Shown here one piece after another: positions 13,709 to 26,759 of a stretch of 64,000 nucleotides of DNA. The stretch is from the NCBI RefSeq assembly GCF_964213995.1, contig NC_135823.1, positions 868,001-932,000 of the forward strand, read 5' to 3'. The notes under the pieces were generated by a model, which did no database searches, was not told where the DNA came from, and was given only the letters and a program-made list of their open reading frames with translations. Position 1 is the first letter of the stretch, and every line of letters starts with the position of its first letter. The stretch is from Mustelus asterias (Eukaryota). The translations under genes and the position numbers were made by a program.

Positions 13709-13800
13709 TGATGTGGAGATGCCGGCGTTGGACTGGGGTAAACACAGTAAGAGTTTTTAAGTCCTGTTGGACTTTAACCTGGTGCTGTTAAAACTCTTAC
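13709..13800. mobile_element. Miniature Penelope-like insertion with a 12-13 bp TSD
   Basis: tctgcagaagcta duplicated at 13696-13708 and 13801-13813; absent from the paralogous promoters; contains an internal inversion (agtaagagtttt / aaaactcttact). Confidence 0.75.
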
Positions 13801-13849
13801 TCTGCAGAAGCTACACAGTGAGACATAATACGAGGAAATTTCGGTCAAG

Positions 13850-13893
13850 GTGGCCGAAGAGTCTTTAGCTATGAGACTCTTTTTGCAAGTACT
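13850..13893 (+). pseudogene. Relic leader exon of a fourth, deleted VJ-C1 receptor copy (D)
   Basis: GTG-AEESLAMRLFLQVL aligns ungapped to copy C leader MAKVSLSLILIFEVL and is preceded by the same promoter block; truncated at gtact. Confidence 0.75.
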
Positions 13894-14180
13894 TGTATCG
13901 CAAACTGGCTTACCTGAACATTGTAATGAAGTTACTGTGAAAATCCCGTAGTCGCTACACTCCGGCGCCTGTTTCGGTACACTGAGGTAGAACTGAGCAC
14001 GGCCAATCCTCCTAAACTGCACGTCTTTCAGACTGTGGGAAAGAACCGGAGCACCCGGAGGAAACCCACGCAGACACAGGTAAAACGTGCAGATTCCGCA
14101 TAGACAGTGAACCAAGCCAATAATTGAACTCAATTCCCTTGCGCTGTGAGGCAGCAGTGCTAATCATTGTGCCACTACGC
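13890..14180 (-). mobile_element. HE1-like shark SINE (representative of dozens of copies)
   Basis: tRNA-derived head (ggcacagtggttagcactgctgcctcacagcgccaggg consensus) and body tgtgtggagtttgcacgttctccccgtgtctgcgtgggtttcctccgggtgctccgg. Confidence 0.85.
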
Positions 14181-15596
14181 CAGCCTGTTGGTGTATTTGC
14201 TGTGAACAGTTTTGACGCACGACTCTTTTTGATGAAGTTGCTTCTTAAACTCACTGGGAAAATGCAAGTCCACCTGCAGGGGAACATAATCGGAACGCCA
14301 ATAATATGTTTATTGTTCAGAAGACCTGGTTTCGAAATTGGGCTAACAGTGCAGTTCTTCCCCCCTCTCCGCCTCCCCCCCCCCCCCCCCCCCACCTCCC
14401 CACACACACACACTCCATAGTACAATGAGAACATTGCGATACTGGAATTGGCGCAAGCAGGATTTCTAAGAAGGGAGGAAGGACTGAAGTGTCATAAATA
14501 ACAGGAACGGCTAAACAGACTGGGACTCTTTTTGACACATGAGCACAGGGCTGAGAGGTGACGGAATAGGTATGTTAAAATGGGATCCGCCACATCATCT
14601 CAATTACGATTTTGGATCTCTGGGGAGGCGATGGCCTGGTGGGATTGTCGCTAGATTATTAATGATTAAATGATTAAAAAATAGCGAGTTAAAATTCAAT
14701 TTTATCCAGAACATTCATCACATATCCATCCACTAGAACTGTGACCGAATATCCAGAAATGATTTTGATATGTATTCTAGCACTTGGGCGCTGTGGCGTA
14801 TGTGAGGTATGTCAAATGAAAGTTGCAGTCACCAGAACACTGCCCCAGAACGGTGTCATACTTACCACAGTGGAGTTCGTCAGGGCTTCCACTGAAAAGA
14901 CTCAACTCAAAGGGACTCACACCACATCAGTGTGCGGTCACTGTGTCTGCAAAAGCTACGCAGTGAGACAGAATACAAGGAAAACTGTATTAAGATGGCC
15001 AAATAATTTTTATCTCTGATACTCAATTTCCAAGTCCTGCGGGCTCACAGGAAGAGGCGGGTGCGGATTTTAAGCCAGAGTGACAGTTTTCTAAGCTCAA
15101 AACGTGAGCCAGTGTTCAATTGAAGGCATTTGACCTGATCATATCAGTTCATTTACTGGTTCCAACCACAAAGCGAGGAAAATAAATTCATCCAACATGA
15201 TTACAAAGAAAAATGAGATTGTTCAGTGGTTAGCACTGCTGCCTCACGGCGCCAGGGACCTGGGTTCGATACCCGGTTTGGGTCACTGCCTGTGTGGAGT
15301 CGACATGTTCTCCCCCCGTCTGCGTGGGTTTCCTGCGGGTCCTCCGGTTTGCTCCCACAGTCCGAAAGACGTGTTGTTTGATGCATTGGCGGTGCTAACA
15401 ATTCTCCCTCCGTGTGTCCGAACAGGCACCGGAGTGTGGAAACCAGGGGAATTTTCATTGTAACTTCATTGCAGTGTTAACGTAATCCTACTTGTGACAA
15501 TAAAAAAAATAAACATGAAATACAGGAGAGGTATTTTTTATGGTCCGGTTTCAGATATTTCAGTAATCCTTGGTAATGTAACGATACTCTCTCTGG

Positions 15597-15929
15597 TTAC
15601 AGAATCCGAGTCTTTTCTGTCTCCGATCTCCTTCACAATGGCAGCCGAAGTGGGCCAGACGGTGGAATTATCCTGTCATGATGCATATAAAGTGGATTTG
15701 GTGTCAAACTATGTTTGGTGCAAGCAGCGCCTGGGCGAAGCCGCGATGCTAATAAACACTACATCCTGTACTGGGGCCGACTGCAAATTTATTTCTGGAA
15801 AGGGCAATCGGGGAAAGGAATTAATTCTGAAAATTCGCAGTGGCCAGACGAAGGACTCGGGTTCCTACTATTGCATCTGTATCGCTGGGTTTTCACTGCT
15901 CCGGAATGGACCCACACTCCTGGTTGGAG
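15597..15929 (+). pseudogene. Copy A Ig V(J) exon (frame still open)
   Basis: VGQTVELSC...WCKQ...LKIRSGQTKDSGSYYC...RNGPTLLVG followed by a phase-1 gtaagt donor. Confidence 0.92.
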
Positions 15930-16017
15930 GTAAGTTGCAAGGAAAACTCATTCAGATTTTGCACCACATTACCATTGTGTGTAAAGTAATCGTTTACTCG
16001 TCCCAATCGCCGTCCAG

Positions 16018-16346
16018 ACTGTTCCACCAACAGGAAGGCCATTCAGGTATTTGTCCCGCTGGTGAGTTGGGTTTGAATGATACCGTGCCCTGAGCGTGTT
16101 TTGGCAGTGGTGTTTGTTCCAACCAGATTGCTATTTCCTGGAATATTTCCGGCTCGGAGACGAAGGGATCAAGTGTTCCCGGGACAATGGAGGAGGACGG
16201 GACCGACAGCATCAGAAACCATATCATGGTATCGGGGGAAGTCTGGAGACGCGACGGTATCTGTACTTGTATTATTCAACTGGGGACTTCAGGCAGATAT
16301 TGGACAAAGAGTGTGTCCTTCTCCAAAGCAGCAGAAACTGGGACAG
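16018..16346 (+). pseudogene. Copy A C1-set exon (frameshift and stop)
   Basis: 329 nt versus 330 nt in B and C; TGA at 16091-16093. Confidence 0.9.
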
Positions 16347-17289
16347 GTGTAGTTGTTAATCTCCGCAGTAATTTCTTGAATTCAACTCGTAGTCATTTGG
16401 GTACTGGACCAAATATTGAGAAACTGCCGTCTGTTGGTTAAATGGGAAAAATCTCCAATTTTACCTGCATTACTTTTGAGTGTTACAACTATGCTTACGT
16501 TAACGTTGCAATGAAATTGCTGTGAAAATCCTGTATTCGCCACAGTCCTGCGCCTATTTGGGTGCACCGAAGGAGAATTTACCATGCCCAATTCAGCCAA
16601 CCACCATTTTTTCCGACAGAGCGAGGAAACCGGAACACCTGGAGGAGATCAACATAGAGACGGGGAGAACGCGCCGACTCCGTAAAGGCAGTGATCCAAG
16701 CCGGGAATTGAACCAGGGTCTCTGAAACTGTGAGGCAGCAGTGGCAACCAGGGTGCCACCGCGCCTCCCGGAGTCCGGTCACATTTCCCCTTCAAGTCAG
16801 AATCTGTTTTGCCTTTTGAAACTTTTTATTGAGTATCCGTCCACCGCCCTTTTCAGACAGTGGGTTTTCAAATTCATTTGAGGTCAGACCTGTACTGGAT
16901 GCACTTTGCAAACAGGAAACGAATTATTGAAATCATTTTCTAAATCTGCCTTTTTTTAGGCATTAGTTCAACTTCCCAGAATCTCAATCCAGAATCTCCA
17001 GTTTCCGTTTGACATCTGTTTCATCATAATTTCCTAATACCTGCGATCCAATCGCTTTAAACCCAGGATCTAAAGTTGTATTTTTTGATTATTTTACACT
17101 ATTTGATCTTGTGATCAAGAGCACCTCTGAAAGGTCAATGTAATCATATATAATAATACATTTCGCTACTGGAGTAGCATTTGGGTTCGATGGTGAGAAA
17201 TGTGCAAAGCCGTGAGGGGAAAATTTGGTAGATCTTCCCCAAAGATGCGGCGCAGTTTAGGTGCTCTGCGTTGGCCCACAATGAGGTTA

Positions 17290-17850
17290 GGGATGAAATT
17301 CTCCGATTTTGACTCAGCAACTGCGACGGAACGGCGATATGTTTCCGAGTCCGAATATTGAGTGGTTTGGAGGGGAACTTGCAGGTGCTGGTGTTCCCAT
17401 ATATCTGCTGTCCTTGTCCTTCTAGATGGAATTGGTCGTGGTTTTGAAAGATGCTTTCTAAGGATCTTTGGTGAATTACTGCACTGCACATTGTAGATGG
17501 TACACACTGCTGCTTCTGAGTGCCAGATTGTGGAGGGAGTGAATGTGATGCCAATTAAGCGGGCTGCTTTGTCCTGGATGCTCTAAAGCTTCTTGAGTGT
17601 TGTTAGAGTTGCACCCGACCAGGCAAGTGGGGAATAATCCGTCACGCTCCTGACTTGTGCTTCATAGGTGGTGGAAAGCCTTTGGCGAGTCAGGAGGTGA
17701 GTTAATCTCTGCAGGATTCCTAGCCTCTGACTTGCTTTTGGCGCCACTGTGTTTAATTGGGGATTCCATTTGCGTTTCTGGTCAATGATAACCTGAATAA
17801 TTTTGCAGTGGGGATTCAGTTATGATTACAACATAGACTGTCAAGAGCCA
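17290..17850 (-). mobile_element. Old LINE RT fragment in the C1-TM intron, shared by all three copies (also 35460-36170 minus, 58095-58790 plus)
   Basis: YKAQVRxxMEY..LxW.GAAPT..KKLD.IQDKAA.LI at the orthologous intron position, so it predates the duplications. Confidence 0.8.
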
Positions 17851-18914
17851 GTGATGAGAATGTCTGTGTTCAGTTTGCCGCCCTAGCAACGCGGAAAGAA
17901 CTATTTGAGCTCGCAGAAATTTCTAATAGTTTTCTGTCTATAGGATTGTGCAATCTCGAACATTCCGTTGTCATAACTATGCTGGTGATCCCGATTCTGC
18001 TCTTGGTCCTTCTTTCCATTTGGATTTGGAAAAGCGGCAGATCAGATGAGGAATAATGTTCAAAAGGGATATTATTATTATTGTTCATCCAATGTGATGC
18101 CCCGATAGTTTTAAATTGCTCATCACAGTGTCTTGTTTCAGGAGAGCGTACTGAGAGAGCCCGCAATGAAAGGTGAGTGACTGAGCCATTTTCATCACGA
18201 AAACTCTCTCTGTATTTAATACCGTGTTAAACACTGTTCATTACCACCACTGATTCCAATGGTACATGATGAAATGTTTCATATTTTAAAAATTAGTATC
18301 CTTTCTTTCAACTACTTCTAGGCCAGGTTTTGCCGGATATAACACCTGTTTAATTATTGCATTTCCTTATTCAGTTTTAGCTTGAGAGAGACACTACATC
18401 GAGGGCAGTGGAAAGAGCGACAAATGGGTAACTTGCATTCAAATGTTGGCAAAGTTCAATGTCACTGAACAGATAAATCATAAAGTCCTTGCAGTGCAGA
18501 ATAAGGCCAGTCGGCTCATCGATCCTGCACCGACAACAATCCCACCCAGACTCTATCCCCGTAACCCCACGCATTTACACTGCTAACGCCCCTGAAGGTA
18601 AGCACAAATCAGCAAGGCTCATCCTCCTAACCTCCACATATTTGGACACTAAGGGACAGTTCAGCATGACGAATCCACCTAACCTACACATCTTTAGACC
18701 ATGGGAGGAAGCTGGAGTATTCGGAGGAAAACCACGCAGATATGGGGAGGACGTGCAAGCTCCACACGGACAGTCACCCAAGCCTGTAATTGAACCCAGG
18801 TCTCTTGCGTTTCGTGGAAGCAGTGCTAAGCAGTGCCAAAATGGAAGAAATTAAGAGATTGATACGTGGACCTCAAGCAGTCAAATTGTTCTTCAATTAA
18901 TCTGCTATCTGTTC

Positions 18915-19730
18915 GTAACATAAGAACATAAGAAATAGGAGCAGGAGTAGCCCATCTGGCCCTTCGAGCCTGCCCCACCATTCAACAAGATCATGGCTGA
19001 TCTGAAGCGAATCAGTTCCACTTACCCGCCTGCTCCCCATATCCCCTAATTCCCTTATCGATCAGAAAACTATCTACCCGTGATTTAAACATATTCAACG
19101 AGGAAGCCTCAACCACTTCAATGGGCAGAGAATTTCAGAGATTCACTACCCTCTGAGAGAATAAGTTCCCCCTCAACTCTGTTCTGAACCGGCCCCCACT
19201 TATTTTGAGGCTGTGCCCTTCTAGTTCTGGTTTGCCTTCGAAGTGGATAGAATCTCTCCACCTCTACCCTATCATGCCCCTTCGTTATCTTATATGTCTC
19301 TATAAGATCACCCCTCATCCTTCTAAACTCCAACGAGTACAGACCCAATCTGTTTAATCTCTCCTCATAAGCTACACCCCTCATCTCCGGTATCAACCTG
19401 GTGAACCTTCTCTGCACTCCCTCCAAGGCCAATATATCCTTTCGCAAATAAGGGGACCAAAACTGCACACAGTACTCCAGTTGCGGCCTCACCAGTGCCT
19501 TGTACAGTTGCAGCAAGACCTCCCTGCTTTTATATTCTATCCCCCTCGCGATAAAGGCCAACATTCCATTCGCCTTCTTGATCGCCTGCTGCACCTGCAG
19601 ACTGAGTTTTTGCGATTGGTGCACAAGGACCCCCAGGTCCCTCTGCACAGTCGCACGATGTAATTTTTCTCCATTTAAATAATATTCCAACTTACTATTA
19701 TTTCTTCCAAAGTGGATAACCTCACATTTG
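18915..19730 (-). mobile_element. Young 5'-truncated CR1-type LINE
   Basis: ~200-aa near-intact ORF2 C-terminus (KCEVIHFG..LYKALVRPQLEYCVQFWSPYLRKD); (taagaaca)n tail; present only in copy A. Confidence 0.92.
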
Positions 19731-20384
19731 CATAAGGCATAACTGTTCATAGAAATCATAGACGCCCTACAGTACAGAGAAAGGCCATTCGGCCCATCGT
19801 GTCTGCAGCGACCACAAACCCACCCAGGCCCGACCCCCATATTTTACCCAAAAATCCCTCTAACCTACACATCTCAGGACACAAAGGGGCAATTTAATCA
19901 TAGCCAATCAACCTAACCCGCACATATTTGGAATGTGAGAGCAAACCGGAGCACCTGGAGGAAACCCATGCAGACACGAAGAGAATGTGCAAACTCCGCA
20001 CAGACAGTGACCTAAACCGGGAACTGAACCCAGGTCCCTGGAGCTCTGAAGCAGCAGTGCTAACCACTGTGCTACCGTGCCGTCCAACTGTTGATGATCA
20101 ATTCTGGCAGTGAAATATCAGTTGGGCAATCGAAACCAGGTGGGGTAGATATTCCTTGTTCCTCCATTGGCGATCTGGGATCCATTGAAATATTGTTTGA
20201 AAGTTGATGTATTGAAGGACCGTTTATGAATAAGTAAAACGCTGTTATAAGTGGGGGCCTTCTTTGCATTGGCACCCAGTGGGGCCGATTGAGATATTGG
20301 CCCTTTGGTGCAACAGGGCATCATTGGTGCACTGTGTCTCAAATTATTTACAGTTTAGCCGGAACAGGATTAGATTTAATCTCT

Positions 20385-22090
20385 AGAATCATAGAATCAT
20401 CCAGCGCAGCAGAAGCCCTTCGGCTCATCGAGTCCACACCGACAAATTAGAAGCACGTGAAATCCCTCCTAATCCCATCTGCCAGCACTTGGTCCGAAGA
20501 CCTGAATATTATAATGCGCCAAATGCTCATCCGGATACTGTTTAAATGATGTGAGGCAACCAGCCTCCACCACCCTCCCAGCAGGCGGATTCCAGACCTT
20601 CACCACCCTCTGGGTAACAAAATAATCTTTTCCTCACATCCCCCCTATAATTCCTGCCCGCCACCTTGAACCTATATCCTCTCGTGACTGACCCTTCAAC
20701 TAAGGGTAATAACTGCTTCGTATAAATTCTGTCCATGTACTTCATAATCGTGGACACCTCGATAAGGTGACCACCAACTCTTCTATTTTCCAACTAAAAC
20801 AACCCAACTCTCTCCAACATCACTTCATAATTTATATGTTCCATCCCAGGCAGCATCGTGGTGAATCTCCTCTGCACTCACTCCAGTGCAATCATATTCT
20901 TCCGATAATGTGGCGGCCAACGCTGCACACAGTTATCTAGCTGTGGCCTCTATGCAACCCTAACATGACCTCTCAACTTTGCAAGCAAGGCCTCGATTGA
21001 CAAAGGCAAGTGTCCCATATGCCCTTTTCACCTCCCTACTAATATGCCCTTCTACATTCAGAGATCTTTGGATGAACACGCCAAGGCCTCTTTTTTTCCA
21101 CAGAACTTCTTTGTGTCCGACTATGCAATGAATACTTTCTTGTCAAATTATTCCTTCAAAAGCGTGTCACTTCACACAATTCAGTGCTAACTTCCATCTG
21201 CCACATATTTGCCTATTTGACCATTTCGCCTATATGTCCTTGTAGCCCAAGACACCCCACCTCACTCATAGCCACATGTCGAATCCTTCTGTCCTTTGCA
21301 AACTAACTCATCCTACCCGCCGCATAGACATCAATGCCATTTATATAAATGAAGAATAATAGGGAGCACAACACAGAACCCTGTAGTACGGCACTGGACA
21401 CTGGCTTCTAGTCAATAAAGCAGCATTCTGTCGTCACCCGCTGTCTCCTACAACTGAACGAATTTTGAATCCACTTTATGAAATTACCCTGAATCCTACG
21501 TGAGTTTATCTTCTTTACAAGGATGCTATGTTGGACCGTGTCAAAGGCTTTGCTGAAATGCATATTAACTACATCGACTACACTAACTTCGTCTACACAC
21601 CTGGTCAGCCTCACAAAATGCAAATAAAATTTATTAGGCACGACCTCCCTCTGACAAAGCCATGCTGACTATCCCTGCGTAATGTTTGGCTCTGCAAGTG
21701 CCGATAGATGCTGTCCTTCAGAGGTTTCTCTAATTATTTCACTACTATGGACATGAGACTCACTGGTTTGCAGTTCCCTGGTTCATCTCTACAACTCTTC
21801 CTAGATAGCGGAACCACATTTGCTGCTCTCCAGTTGTCTTGCACCTCCCCCTTGGCCAGAGAAGAACTGAAAAATACGAGCTAGCGCCCATGAACTCTCA
21901 CCTCTTAACTCCCAGAACAGCCGAGGGCACAATTCATCTGGACCGGGATATTTATCCACTTTTAAGGTTGCCAACACCTCCAATAGCTTCCCCTTCCCTA
22001 TGTCAAGTTGTGCAAGAACCACACCGCCCCTCTCCCTTAATTCCTCATTCTCTTGGATGAAGAAGGATGTGAAGTATTCATTCAGCACCT
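20385..22090 (-). mobile_element. CR1-type LINE fragment (orthologue of 53560-55370)
   Basis: RT motifs DVVNMHFSKAFDTV and KYPGPDELCPRL. Confidence 0.85.
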
Positions 22091-22359
22091 GACCACCTGT
22101 TGGATTGCCAGGTTGGGTTGCTGTCTGTGTCCAGTTTGCATATTCTCCTCGTGTCTGCATGGGTTTCCTCTGCGTGCTCCGGTTTCCACCCTCCGTCCAA
22201 AGATGTGCGGGTTAGATGGTTGGCTATGCTAAATTGCCCCTTCGTGTAAGGGGTCTAGCTAGAGTAAATGCATGGGTTCATGGGGATAGGGCCTGGGGGT
22301 GTTGTGGTCGGCACAGACTAGATGGACCGAATGGCCTTCTACTGCACTGTAGGATTCTA

Positions 22360-22739
22360 TGTATGTTTTGGTGTGAGCCTATGTGTATCTCTCTGCATGT
22401 GTCGGTGAGTGACTGTGTGTGTGTGAGATTATGAGATTCTATTTCTGTGTATCTCTCTCGATGTGTCAGTGAGAGATGGTGTGTGCGTTGGTGGGGGTGT
22501 GGGGGTTGGGTGGGTAGGTGGGAAGGATGTATGTGTGTGTGCCTGAGAGAGAGAGAGTGAGATAGAGATTTAGGGACAGAGACTGTGTGTTTGAGGGAAA
22601 CGGTGTTTGAGTGAACGTTTACGTGACTCTGTCTGAGTCTGTGTGTGGGGAGGGAAATGTTTCTGTGTGTGTGTGTCTGTGCCTCTGTGGTTCTATGTCT
22701 ATGTTTGTCTGAGTCTGTGTGGGCAGTGAGGGAGAATGT

Positions 22740-22770
<31 letters not shown>

Positions 22771-22980
22771 AGTGGGTGGGTGGGTATGTCTCCTTTTGTA
22801 TATCTTGCGGTGAAAATTCCAGCGTTGGACTGCGGTGGGCACGAGGTTAAAGTCCAACAGATTTATTTGGAACCATGAGCTTCCGGAGCCTTGCTCCTTT
22901 ATCACGTGAGTCCTGGTACTTGTATGTGTAAGCGTTCCTGAGTCTGTGAGAGTGAGAGCGTTTCTGTGCGTTTGGTTCAG
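22360..22980. repeat. Degenerate TG/AG microsatellite region (paralogues at 37405-38980 and 52405-52975)
   Basis: (TG)n and (AG)n runs. Confidence 0.9.
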
Positions 22981-25413
22981 TGTTCGCTCTTGTGTTCTGG
23001 TGGATCTTCAATCGCTCAACAAACATCTAAAAATATAACAGTTTATCTGGCTCATTATTGAATTGTTCCTTATTGGATCATACTGTTTGCAAAGGCGTTG
23101 CCGAATTTACTACGCTCGATCGGTGAATACAATTCCAACAAGTGGCGGTCAATGATTCGGTGTTGAAGCAGCTCAGGAATGATGCAAAGTCATTGCACAG
23201 TGGCTGGTGTTTGGAATTTACTGTCTGGTTTGATGATAGAAGTTTTTGTTATTTAAAGCGACCTGAATATGTATAGAAACTGTTGTAACCTAAAAGATTG
23301 GTTGCTGGACAGTGGCATTTGAATAGACTGCGAGTTTTCTGGCCAGCACAGATATGATGGGATAATGGCCTCCTCCTCTGAGGTACCTGTGCCGTTGTTC
23401 AATGGTGCCAACATATTGATTGTGTGCGGCTGGTTGTGATTAATTTTAAGGGGTGTGCCGAAGCTCAAAGATCGATGGTGGCACAGTGGCACAGTGTTTA
23501 GCGCTGCTGCTTCACAGTGCCAGGGGCCGAAGTTCGATTCCTTGGGTGGCTGTGTGGAGTTTGCACGTTTTCACCATGTCCGCTTGGGTTTCCTCTTAGT
23601 GCTGCTGTTTCCTCCCACAGTCCAAAGAAGTGCCGGTTAGATGGATTAGCCGTGGAAGATGTATGGGGATGCAGGGATCGGTTGGGGTGAAGGCCTTTGT
23701 CAGATACACTATCAAAGAGTCGGTACAGACTTGATGGGCCGAATGGTAGATAATTCTGAAGGGGCTTGACACAATAGATGCTGAGACGCTGGTCAGGGAA
23801 TCTTGAGCATAACACATGTGGAGACATGATAATCAGATTGTCTGTTTAATAGTAATCAAGTTGATAGATTCATTATATTCTGAATAAATGTCAGCGTTTT
23901 TTGTGTTAGTCGAATTCCAAATCTGCTTCTCTGTCACTACATTATTTCAGTCAATTTCAGCCTATCGTGGCTGTGTTGTTAATATGTTCAAGCCTCAGAT
24001 AGATTCTTAATCAGTAAGGGAATCAAGAGTTATGGGAATAAGGTGGGAAAGTGGTGTTGACAACTGTCATATCAGAAGTCATGAACTCAGTGAATGGTGG
24101 AGCAGACTTGATGGGCTGAACGGCCGACTTCTCCTTCAATCTCTTATGGTCTGGAGATATTACAGTCTAACTCTTCTGTCGACACATTAAACCATGTATT
24201 TTGCAATTGAGATAGAGGCCAATGGAAACGGGTTAAACAAACACTTTCAAAGGGAATTGGGTAACTATTTGTTGGAAGGAACATTGCTGAGCATTATGAA
24301 GAAAGTTAAGGGGAAGACTGGACTAAATGAGATGCGATGGCCGAGTGGTCTTGCCGCTAGGATATTAATCCAGATACTCAGCTAATATTCTGGGGACCCG
24401 TGTTCGAATCCCGCAATGAAAATATATCTGGAATTAAGAATCTTTTCTTGACCATGAAACAATAGTCAAAAAAAGCCATCTGGTTCACTAATGTCCTTTA
24501 GGGAAAGAAATCTGCAATTCGTTCCTTGTCTGGCCTACATGCATCTCCAGAGCCACAGCAATATGGTTGACTCTCAACTGCCCTCTGAACAAGGACAACT
24601 AAGAATGCGCAAAGCCAGTGATGCCCCATGTCCCACGAATTAATCAAAAATGGATGGCTCTTTCAAAGATCCTGCACGGATTCACTGGGCCGAAAGGTCT
24701 CCTAAGCTGTATCATTCTATGGTTTTATGTAACGCCTTTGAGGTTCGGGGCAATCTTAAATATTTATGGGCGGAAGACAAGCTTCTGCACTTTAGGGATT
24801 CTATGATTCTCCATTATGATTCTATGATTTGTGAATGTTTCAGAGTGGACCTATAAACGCCACTCTGAATTTGGCAGCTTTGAAAAAGATTTCGAAAAAG
24901 CAGTCAGGTCGAAAATTCATTATATTCTGAATAAATGTAAGCGTTTTTTGTGTAAGTCGCATTCCAAACCTGCTTCTCTGTCACTACATTATTTCAGGCA
25001 ATTTCAGCCTATCGGCGCTGGGTAGTCAATATGTTCAAGCCTGAATGATGAATTATGGAGGAGGCCGAATTTCCTGAAAATCCCACAACTTCGTGGAAAT
25101 AAACATGGAGCCAATGAGATTGCCTTCAAACAACTGAATTTTCCCCGCGCATGCGCCAAAGATTTGGCTCCAGTGTTCACTGTAAATGATTGGACTTTGA
25201 GTTTGGGATATTCCACTGGAGCCGTGTTCAACCGCGGAAGAAACATTGAGCAATGCTGAGAGACTTTCCTGAGTTTCTCTGAAAATGTCCTGCTGATCGT
25301 CTTGCTCAAGTTCTTCACGGCGACTGTAAAATTTCTCTTTGCAAATGTCAACGCCCGAATATCAATTAATTATTCTATCTTAATAACGATACTTTGTCTT
25401 GATCTTGATCAAA

Positions 25414-25419
25414 AATAAA
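25414..25419 (+). promoter_or_regulatory. Candidate polyA signal of copy A
   Basis: AATAAA, conserved at the orthologous position in copy C (49869-49874, minus). Confidence 0.5.
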
Positions 25420-26759
25420 CTCATAATTCAATGTAATCTTTATGATGCTGCGATTCCTGTTGAGCTGACAATTTCAGTCCAGGATTCAGATGCGTGTCAC
25501 TGCTTGAGGTCTGACAGGTTTGATCATTTCGCGAATTGGAATGCAATCAGAGACGGACCCTGGCAACAATGCATGGAATTTATAATGATTTCATCATAAT
25601 TTTACAAAGTGAGTTTGTGTTTGTATTTAACATGAACGATATATTTCAAAGCAACGGGAGGAGTGTACTGTTACAGAAGAAGTGCGGCATCTGGATTTCC
25701 TTGTCATTCCTTGTCAGCTCTGTCTTGATTTATTGGAATGTAATTATTAAAGGAGTGTATGTCCAAGTGGTATCGTGAGACTATGAAACCAGAAACTCAG
25801 CTAATTTTCTGGGGACCCGGGTTCGAATCTCGCCACGGCAGATGGTGGAATTTGTATTCAACAAAAATATCTGGAATAAAGAATCTATCGATACCGACGA
25901 AACTAATGTTGATTGTCCGGAAAACAGATTCAGTTTGCTAATGTTCTTTAGGGAAGGACAATTGCCATCCGTACCTCCTCTGGCCTACAAGACTATGGGC
26001 CACGTACTTGTAAATTGGATTCGGTGGGAGTTCAGGTGTTTCTCGCGTGTCGCTGCAGAATCGATAGGTGGAGGAGCCTCTTCTGCATTCTATGCTTCCA
26101 TGTGATTTCAGTGTGCTTCACTTTCAACTGCCTTCTGAAATGACCGAGCAAGACTTTCAGTTGAAGTGCAACGAGGGACGGACAGGAAATGATGCCCCTG
26201 TCCCATGATTGAATAAAACGTACAAAGGGAGGATACAACTGCAATGCATTTTGTCCGTTTTTCCGCATATATATTCGCGTTTTCAGAATTCTAGTGCTGC
26301 ACCGCTTTGCAGCAAGATCAATATATTCATTTGGTTTGAGAGGAGAGAGAGAATGTATATCAGTAGCAAATTCTGAGAGGATACTCACTCATGGGTGTTA
26401 GACAACATCCCTATCTTAAACAAATGGACAAAGAAAATATCATAAACATCTTTATCTTTGCAAGAAATCATAAAATTGGCAACAAAGTTATAACAAGGGG
26501 GGATAATGCCACGAATAAGTGGCACGAGAGAGCCAGTCAGGGGACAACCAGGAAATGAGGTCGATTGGATAATATCGCCCTCGAGAAATCAATCGGAAAC
26601 TGATATTTCTAGTCATTGATTAACCTGGGGCACCTCGCTGATGAGAATTACAGCATGAGGTGATAACCAGTTTGAAAGAACACGCAAGGAAAATGTATCA
26701 ATACGCAAATTAAATTTCATAATTTTGCATTGCTCAGTTGATGATTTATAGCCATAGAT

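Larger units (their letters stand above)
14995..24930 (+). pseudogene. VJ-C1 Ig-superfamily receptor copy A (pseudogene). Exons: L 14995-15049, V 15597-15929, C1 16018-16346, TM 17944-18045, cyt1 18142-18172, cyt2 18375-18427, last 24844-24930
   Basis: Collinear with copies B and C. Lesions: TAA at leader codon 4 (15004), leader donor lost, V acceptor AG>GG (15595-96), 1-nt deletion ~16060 and TGA at 16091 in C1, TM donor GT>AT (18046), ITIM exon absent, Tyr>Asn in last exon. Confidence 0.9.

Noticed and set aside
14741-15019. Recurring ~85-97 aa ORFs (also 32610-32864, 61267-61560, 13511-13711) as a small gene family
   Set aside because: They are translations of the duplicated promoter block; starts and frames differ between copies, and the true leader ATG is in another frame.
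15494-16093. 199-aa ORF as a single-exon Ig protein
   Set aside because: It runs from intron 1 through the V exon and V-C1 intron into a frameshifted C1 exon of pseudogene A.
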